Shown: positions 56,901 through 64,000 of the stretch, piece by piece | Layout: the number at the start of each line of letters is the position of its first letter | Position numbering within the stretch: the stretch's first letter is position 1 | Source: Diadema antillarum | Taxonomy: Eukaryota | NCBI RefSeq assembly: GCF_040938485.1 | Contig: NW_027271014.1 | Span: forward strand, 2,294,001-2,358,000 | Direction of reading: 5' to 3' | DNA: 64,000 nt | Notes under the pieces: generated by a model | Database searches by the model: none | What the model was told of the DNA's origin: nothing | Seen by the model: the letters and a program-made list of their open reading frames with translations, nothing else | Position numbers and translations under genes: made by a program

Positions 56901-59900
56901 AACCATGAACGAAATCATTAACAAAGGCAACTCCCATTTTTTTCTAGCAGTTAAAATATAGGACTGTACATGCGAAACCAAAATATAAATTTATTACAGT
57001 TTTATTACATATTTTTAGGTTATCCTTTTTCCTTATTGATTAGGCATTTCCATGAAAGGCCTAAAACATGAATTATTTCATAGTGCATCTTGATGTCGTA
57101 ACAGTTTCCACTTTCTCGTGATAAAAGGAAACTAGAAATTGCAATTTACACACCATTTCCAACACTTCTCCATGTATATATGGACATATTGAGATTAACA
57201 TAACGTGACCAGAATAAACACTCCAACTAAACACTCCAAGCTAAACACTTTAACTCTCAATACTTTACACGTGCTATACACACCGGGTGTTTAGATGTTA
57301 AACAAAGTGTTTAGATTTTTAACACTGTGTTTAGTTCATAAACATGTCGCATGTCGCATTTTTTACAGTGTACTTTAAAGGTACTGGATATTCATGCCAA
57401 TTCACTGTTCCTGCATCCGAGCCAGGAATTCGCCGAGATACAGGCCACAGCAGTAAGGGTGCTTACGGTGTCTTGGCAGTCATACACTGATGGTTTGGAA
57501 CAACTCGTTCCTCTCATCCTGGCGGCGTGTCCGAATTTAGGGCTGCTTTTCCTGAAGGGTTCTGCCTTCTATCATCAATTCGTCGACTTTGAAGCCACTT
57601 CGCGCAGCCTGACCGGCCTCAACGTACTGTCAGTGACATCCAGTGAGAAGGAAATTGCAAAAGAGGTCCTTTCCAGACTCAGGACGTCATTATGTCCACA
57701 CCTACTGCCTCCGAAGCTGGTGGACAATGTGTACATCATGTGTGCCAAGTCAACAAGACCAGGTAAGGACAGTTGATAGTGCAGAGTTGGCGGGGTAAGG
57801 GATGATCTGGTTCATGATATCATTGTTCGTATTTCTCCTTCTATTACGTTTAAAGCACGCTTTAGATGTTGTTTTGAACAAGAAAGACACACGTTACACG
57901 CTTCGTCCAAACAAAATTTTAACCAGCATGTTAATTTCTGTACATCCAGAGATTCACGCTTTGGAACCGCATACGACTTTCGCAGAAACTTTCGATCAGA
58001 AGGGAGGAACCCTCGAAATATATCGTTACGGCTTCACTCTCTGTATTCCTCCCGGCGCTCTGGAAACAAGCACTGGCATTTCTATCAGGGTTCTGACAGA
58101 CCTTCCCCGTCAACTGGACTTGCCGGAAGACGAGATGGCGGTCAGTTTGGGCTTCGAGTGTTTTCCTTCGGATATTCACTTTCTCAAACCACTCAGACTG
58201 ACCATACCACACAATGCTGTACTCATCGACCCTGGCCGAGTTAATGCGGTGCTGTATTCTGGCAAGTCTAGTGAAGACAGTGAGTATAACACCAACATTT
58301 TTTCACCAATAAGTGCATAATAATGATAATATATCCATAGTGACATAGTGCAGCTTGGCTAAACTCTCACGATCATATATACAAAGGCCATCACTTCACA
58401 TTCAATATTCTCTTGCAATAGCTGTCTTTTTTGGTAAAAAGAGAAGAGATAAAAAAAGAGAGAATATATTGGAAGGGGATGCCTCTTAATTTTGGGCAAT
58501 TAGCTTTGAAAATTTTGTCTATGATGTGACCTGATGGTGTGTATTATGATTTTGTGTAATCAAAGATGGCGATTTGTCGAGGGAGTTGCTGCGCCCTCGT
58601 CGTTGTGTTGTAAAGAGAGATCATCTGGAGGTGATGCTCGACCACTTTTCCTTTGGATTCGTGACTATACTGTACGACTGGCTGTTTGTGAAGAGCAAGC
58701 GCATAGCTTGTACGCCATTCCTTCCTAAAGTCTGGTCAAGCAAGCAGGCGATCCTCCATTTCCGCGTTTACGACCAACTCCAAGGAATGTCGAAGGTTNN
58801 NNNNNNNNNNNNNNNNNNNNNNNNNNNNNNNNNNNNNNNNNNNNNNNNNNNNNNNNNNNNNNNNNNNNNNNNNNNNNNNNNNNNNNNNNNNNNNNNNNNN
58901 NNNNNNNNNNNNNNNNNNNNNNNNNNNNNNNNNNNNNNNNNNNNNNNNNNNNNTGATACGTCTATCTCAATCTCTTGAAATGTCACTCCTTCACGAAAGT
59001 ATTCACTTTTACTGTATCTGAAAATCAACGGAACAGTCATTAGGTCTACTGCCTCAAGGGATAATGGTTGTACTCACATGGTGGTGTCATTTTTCTTTCT
59101 TTTTTTTTGCATGGAATGCCCATGGTACCGCTAAATCATTCAAGTATACTGCAGTGATCATTCGACAATGTTTTTTTTTTTTTTCATTATTCAGCTAATT
59201 CTGAATCGATATCACAGAGCACTCATTCAAAAGACAACTTTTTCTGGAGAGCACTACGGGGTGGGATGTGGGTCTCTCCTGTTTGTTTGTTTGTTTGTTT
59301 GTTTGTTTGTTTTCTTGTCATCTCAATGGCTTTCCCGAAGATAAGACGGACCAGGCAGGCAACATTCAGTTAAGCCTCATTCTAGACTAATGTCATGACT
59401 ATGTGTTTTAGAAGATAAGACGCATTTCCACTTACGCATGATAATGATACAGTTAGACAGTGTTTTAAGGTCGATGATTTCTGCAGGATATTGTTGAGGA
59501 GGAAGAACAGATGGGATACAAAAAGGTGAGCCCCGAGGAGGAGATTCGTTTGAGTACTGATGGCAAGGATCTACGCATTAGATGTCAGCTGTCGGGATCT
59601 CCTCATGTGCAAGAGAAGGTATACATCTCTCTGTCAAAACAAAACAAAACAACATAAAACAAGACAAAGTATACAAAAAACAACATTTATTGGACAAAAC
59701 AAAGCATAACACAAAAATACATATCTATCAGATTATTTTTTCTCTTTTTGTCTTCCTTCTCATCGTAGTATTGCTAGTGGAAAAAATAAATAAATCGTGC
59801 TCATTTTTTTTTTTTGTCTTATGCCAACGTAGTGCACTGTGGCCTATGACTTATATTTGAATAAACTCACGTCATGACTTTTGAGTGTGCAATAATCTTA

Positions 59901-62900
59901 CATTGTAACATGAATAAAGATCATATCACCATGTAAGGAAATGCGAGATAAGGATTAATGACAAGAAAGAATTGGAACTGATTGACATGAATATGAAAAA
60001 CAAGAATTGTTTGATGAAAAAAAAAACTGTACACAGAGTAAATAAAATGATCATACGCGGCAAGTATTTTTTACTGTCTGTGTGCTAAGGGTCTGTTATT
60101 GTTCATAATTATGACACTACATCCTACGTCTCCTTTTTTATCATGTGTTTTATTATGGGAATTTGCGTATCTGCTGTCTTTCACAAACGTCTTGATACAA
60201 CGCAGATAATCAGTTACAGAGATCTCTGCGAAATCACCAAGCGAACTGTTTCTATCAACCTGGATGTGGCAGGATTAGAGCAGCCCAATGCTCTCGTCAC
60301 CCTAACTTTGGAACAGGACTCGTCACTTACAATCTTATTTCGGACAGGTTATGCAGGTACGATATACTCTGCCATATCATACCTAATTTTGCAAGTGTAA
60401 GAGGAGAAAAGGCTGGACAGGTTTGCTAGTTTCACCTTTGAATGTGAATATTCTTTCTCCGAGACCACGATAACGCAGACTATTATGTTAATTTCCCTCC
60501 GAGTATGCAAGACGGTTTGCACGCATCGATTATTGCTGTGTCGCTTGGTAATCGGGCAGACTTTCAAGGTGTTAAGTATACAGAACGTTTGAATATGTTG
60601 ATTAACCGGCTGTTAAATTCCTTACTTACTAGCAGTACTAAATTTGTAAACGTACATTTTATCAGGGGCCTGTATATATCGCCCAATTTTTTTTTTTTAA
60701 CGGTAAAGACCTTTTGCCCCTCTCTTTTTGGTATAAATCAAGCAAAGTTGGGGGATCGTGATTTTTCATACATGGACACAAAACTTTGGAATATCCTTCC
60801 AAAATCACTTCGACAAGCATCTTTTATTGATGCTTTTAAAAATAAACTCAACACCTACATTTTCAATTTAATTAGAAATATTTTATCCTGTATGTACCTA
60901 AATGGGCGTATATTGTTTGTTTGTTTATTGTTCTTATATCTTCTGTGCTACTATGTTGTAACGTGATACATTTTATGTATATTCTGTTCTACAGCGCCAT
61001 GAGTATCTTTTTGAGGTAGAACGAGCGCTTTATAAGAGTCTCTCTTTTATGATTATCTTAACTATAATTTCAATTTCAAAATTTGATTTCAATTTCAAAA
61101 TTTGATTTTAATTTCAAAATTTGATTTCAATTTCAGTTTGAATCTGTAATACCAAATCAAGTAAATAGTAATCTACTCTGACACAATGTGGTTTTGCTCC
61201 AGTAGCATGAACCAGCTTCAATATAATTAACCAGGATCCTTTCGTGTGTGTGTGTGTGTGTGTGTGTGTTTCATGAAAATTCATCAATTCCGGAATATTC
61301 GGGCAAAGATTGTCAGATGTTAATTTTCTTTTCGAAATCTGCCGACAAATTTTCAGCTTACCGTTAGAATCCTTCATATTTCTCAGGTTTTTTGCTCTGT
61401 TCATCACAATTATCAGCATTTATGACAGTGAAATTCCATTAAATCTGTACACGTATTCCTTTCGTTACTTTCGATACTTTGTTTTCAAGTTATGTATTTT
61501 ATATCATCGTATACTATAACAATGATGCTACCTTTGAGAATTCGGAAATAAACGAAAATGATAAACAGACTGAACTGAAACTGAACCTGATGTTTGTTTA
61601 TATGTGACTCTGCACCTCAAAACAAACAAAAAGTCGCCAGACATGAATTTTTAGTTAAGACCATATTCTGAAAGAGCAGACTTTAAGCTTTAAAATGATG
61701 TATAATTCAAATCAAATGGACTCTCCTAACATATCTAAATTTTGGAAAGAAAGCACAAACTCAGGAAAAGTGTGAACTGAGAAAAGAGGCTCTGAAGTAC
61801 AATGTTTATTCAAGCGCATAATCTTTACCAAACCGTGCTGGCTGTGCGATGAATGGGACAAAAAACAGGAAGTAAACCACCAGAGTAACAACAATGAAGG
61901 GATTATCAGATTAAGCTGAAATTAAGCATGCCTCATTAACACATTCTGTCCATAATTAATGCCAACTTTCAAAGCAGTAGCACTATCCTTTCAAAGGTTA
62001 TTAGAGTTGAAATTGAAGAGCGTGGACAAGGTTTTTCAGATATGAAAAAGGGATTCTAAAGACACACCTGATCACACTATTCTACCAAAAATGTTCGAGA
62101 TAAACTGCTAAAAAAAAACACACTTTCCTGCCCGTTTTATGATACCAAATTTTAGCATAATGTAAAAGAAGACCCGCTCTTTCAGAAAATATGAAAAAGT
62201 CAAGTTCGGCTAGGTTGACCCATTTCACTTAATTTCAGTCCTCACGCAAAATCAGTGTGTGCGACTTAATGTTCGTTTTGAGGTGCACTGTCACATATAC
62301 TCACCATAGTCTACACATATGGTTTGAGAGTGTTTAACTTTCACAAAAAACAAAAGAAAAGCAACAAAAAAAAAAACGGGTACTATAGTAAGTATATTGG
62401 TAAAGCGTGGCTGGAGTATTACGACACTGAAAACGTTTCATAGGGAGAAAAAAGCGATTACCATAATCAAACCAATTATGATCGTTGTTATCGAATAGTG
62501 ACGATTGACATTAGTTTTATCACGCCAAACTCTCTGTCTCAGCAATGCTTTTCTCCATGATTAAAAGTCCTTAAACCTCAAGTACTGTGACCTACACGCA
62601 TATTCTATGATGACATCTATCATTACTATTCTTCGTAACTTTTTTATTTCTTTACGTCAGAACCTTCACAGGCAACCAAAGAAGTCGATCGTAAAGGCTC
62701 TCTACATGTTCCATGGGATATCCAGGGAAGCGATAATTATCCATTGTCATGGGCAAGTTATATCGAAGACAAGAGGCTTCCAGAATCTCTCAGGCAGTTC
62801 CTTCAAGAACAACATCCACCGACGCCCGAGGCTGTAAAACTAGTTTCACCAAGGTGTGTCACAATGAAACAACATCTGTTGAGAGATGATGATGATGGTA

Positions 62901-63684
62901 GTAATGATTATATAACATCGATGATGGAATACTTGTAGCAGCAATAAAAACAACAGCATTTTGAAATATATAACGTATATTACAATATTGATAATGACCA
63001 TTAAATAGTGCCGATTTACCTATGGAAGCAAAATAATCACAAGCACTATTCCTTTACCATTTTCTCTTATCATTAAAAAAAAAATACCATCAAGGTATAT
63101 AGTGTAGATTCATTTCGGGTGATGAAGGCATTGGCCTTTTATACATAAATTAAGTAATCATTCTAAAACTATGCATTTTTGTCATTACGTGCAGATTTCG
63201 GATGTGAATATGCATCCCACTTTAATTGACGATGCTTTTTCATGATTTGGAGCGTCATAGGGTGGTTTCTACAGAAAGTTAAGACCTGCTTTTCATGTCG
63301 AAATGTCGCAAGCCTGCCCTACGATACAGAAACTGGTGCATGTCCTAACTATTGTCTTTCAGGAGATTATTAATGCCTCAAAACTTCGACCTTGTGACCG
63401 ATGCCGAAATCGCCGACTTGTCTCCGCGGCTGCCTTCCAACAAGTTCATGATGGTTGGCGTACACCTCGGTCTGTCCAACGTCGAGGCCCAAAACATTAT
63501 GGATCGGGCCGAGCTAAGTCCCGAACTACGCTACATGACCATGCTGAACAAATGGAAAAGTCGGTTTGGTGGAGACAAGGAAGAATTGATGGAGGTTTTC
63601 AAAAAAGTAGGCCTGGGCGGTCTTTGCAGAGATGTACTGCGGAAGCGATCTTCCAAGATCTTGTCAAAAGGTCTTGAAGATTAG
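47619..63684 (+). CDS. Helical domain - LRR-like - ZU5 - UPA-like - death domain protein (PIDD/UNC5CL-like layout), about 1100 aa in 9 exons; exon 3 interrupted by a transposon, so this allele may be disrupted
   Basis: Phase-consistent GT-AG chain: 47619-47666, 48499-49572, 51042-51477+57373-57762, 57950-58279, 58566-58795, 59487-59618, 60206-60347 (or 60356), 62661-62853, 63363-63684. ZU5 and death-domain motifs are recognisable. Confidence 0.82.
47923..47980. repeat. (TG)n microsatellite
   Basis: direct reading. Confidence 0.9.
48499..49572 (+). CDS. ZU5-DD gene exon 2 (358 aa, helical/coiled-coil, unassigned)
   Basis: Longest ORF in the window; ccatcacag/ SSLPLGIIQ...ERASPQG /gtacgt, phase 0. 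Confidence 0.85.
51042..51477 (+). CDS. ZU5-DD gene exon 3, 5' part (LRR-like)
   Basis: cctcag/ VSRGYGG...LKILSLK...MTELNIE...LIAFVLP(T), cut by transposon after TA 51476-51477. Confidence 0.8.
52435..53005. mobile_element. Kolobok-like MITE nested in the CACTG element
   Basis: TTAA|AGGGGAAATCGAGTCCAA...TTGGACTGGATTTCCCCT|TTAA. Confidence 0.8.
53482..53646. mobile_element. small MITE nested in the CACTG element
   Basis: 28-bp inverted repeat TATTGGTACTGATCAGGGAGTG(T/C)AGATG. Confidence 0.6.
57373..57762 (+). CDS. ZU5-DD gene exon 3, 3' part (LRR-like)
   Basis: (T)LKVLDIH...LGLLFLK...LNVLSVT...STRP /gtaagg; in frame with the 5' part once the element and one TA are removed. Confidence 0.8.
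57950..58279 (+). CDS. exon 4, ZU5 domain
   Basis: FDQKGGTLEIYRYGFTLCIPPGAL...FECFPSDIHFLKPLRLTIPH matches the ZU5 GG.L...IPPGA...P....F.KP..L.IPH pattern; phase 1-1. Confidence 0.9.
58566..58795 (+). CDS. exon 5, end of ZU5 (HFS) and start of UPA-like region
   Basis: ...HLEVMLDHFSFGF...LHFRVYDQ; donor gtt directly before N gap. Confidence 0.8.
58799..58953. other. assembly gap (155 N)
   Basis: N run just after the exon 5 donor. Confidence 1.
59487..59618 (+). CDS. exon 6, UPA-like
   Basis: tttctgcag/ DIVEEEEQMGYKKV...VQEK /gtatac, phase 0-0. Confidence 0.75.
60206..60347 (+). CDS. exon 7 (alternative donor after 60356)
   Basis: cgcag/ IISYRDLCEITKRTVSINLDV...LFRT /gttatg or /gtacga, both phase 1. 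Confidence 0.7.
60730..61056 (+). mobile_element. 5'-truncated L2-clade LINE, 3' end
   Basis: KLGDRDFSYMDTKLWNILPKSLRQASFIDAFKNKLNTYIF resembles the L2 ORF2 C-terminus; tail CAGCGCC...GCGCTTTATAAG. Confidence 0.7.
61068..61134. repeat. 19-bp minisatellite (TTTCAATTTCAAAATTTGA)x3
   Basis: direct reading. Confidence 0.85.
62661..62853 (+). CDS. exon 8, linker
   Basis: long pyrimidine tract then cag/ PSQATKEVD...VSP /gtgtgt; phase 1 in and phase 2 out fit both neighbours. Confidence 0.72.
63363..63684 (+). CDS. exon 9, death domain and stop
   Basis: DLVTDAEIADLSPRL...VGVHLGLSNVEAQNI...MTMLNKWKSR...ELMEVFKKVGLGGL is a typical death-domain pattern; TAG at 63682-63684. Confidence 0.9.
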
Positions 63685-64000
63685 AATGTCTCCACGTGGA
63701 TTTTTGATCCAACGTTGCGATGGATGCCGTAAATTGGCAGAGGCATTATTATCAATTAAACATTTACTCAGTTCTTTAAAGCAAACCAAAGCCTATATGA
63801 AAATGAGGATTGAGTGAAACCAGCATCAAAAGTAGGACACACCTTTGAAAGTTTGAAGAAAATTGGACATCCCATTCAAGGATCATAAACTTGTAACGTT
63901 TTTTTTTTGTTTTTTTTTTTTGTTTTTTCATTGCTGGCTATAAGACCACTACACTTTTGAACAACATCGTACAGAAAATATAGGGCCTATATATAAAAAG

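Larger units (their letters stand above)
51478..57370. mobile_element. 5.9-kb CACTG-ended DNA transposon (CMC/EnSpm-like, apparently non-autonomous) inserted in a coding exon
   Basis: 13-bp perfect TIR CACTGTAAAAAAT...ATTTTTTACAGTG, TA at both sides (51476-77, 57371-72), dense TAAACAC/GTGTTTA subterminal repeats, 22-bp inverted match 51567-51588 vs 57326-57347; no transposase ORF seen. Confidence 0.9.

Noticed and set aside
51478-57370. Autonomous element encoding a transposase
   Set aside because: No long ORF or recognisable DDE/Tnp2-type motif; the open stretch near 53240-53440 (SIIDAIFKVDIDLF) was too weak to assign.
1-64000. tRNA, rRNA, snRNA genes
   Set aside because: No cloverleaf, A/B-box pair or rRNA-like sequence recognised by eye; tRNAscan-SE or Infernal would be needed to exclude them.

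Overview
AT-rich, intron-rich animal genomic DNA, probably a sea urchin or other marine deuterostome (inferred from repeat types, not proven). It has three N gaps (10562-10795, 39684-39824, 58799-58953) and two divergently oriented genes separated by about 20 kb of transposon-rich DNA. (1) Minus strand: the first 30 coding exons (25701 down to 331, 5218 nt, about 1739 codons, all GT-AG and phase-consistent) of a divergent long-tailed dynein heavy chain (DHC_N1 and DHC_N2 regions), continuing off the window start. (2) Plus strand: a 9-exon gene (47619-63684, about 1100 aa) with an unassigned helical domain, degenerate LRR-like repeats, ZU5 with an HFS motif, a UPA-like region and a death domain, i.e. 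a PIDD/UNC5CL-like layout. Its third exon is split by a 5,893-bp CACTG-ended, TA-duplicating DNA transposon (51478-57370). Removing the element restores the frame exactly. Its ends supply a stop codon, a GT, a strong in-frame splice acceptor and an in-frame ATG. Many non-autonomous elements are present (Harbinger-, piggyBac-, Kolobok-, hAT-, EnSpm-, DINE-1- and TU/foldback-like, plus an L2 3' end), including a multi-level nest at 30692-33592. No rRNA, tRNA or CRISPR array was seen. All coordinates were read by hand.
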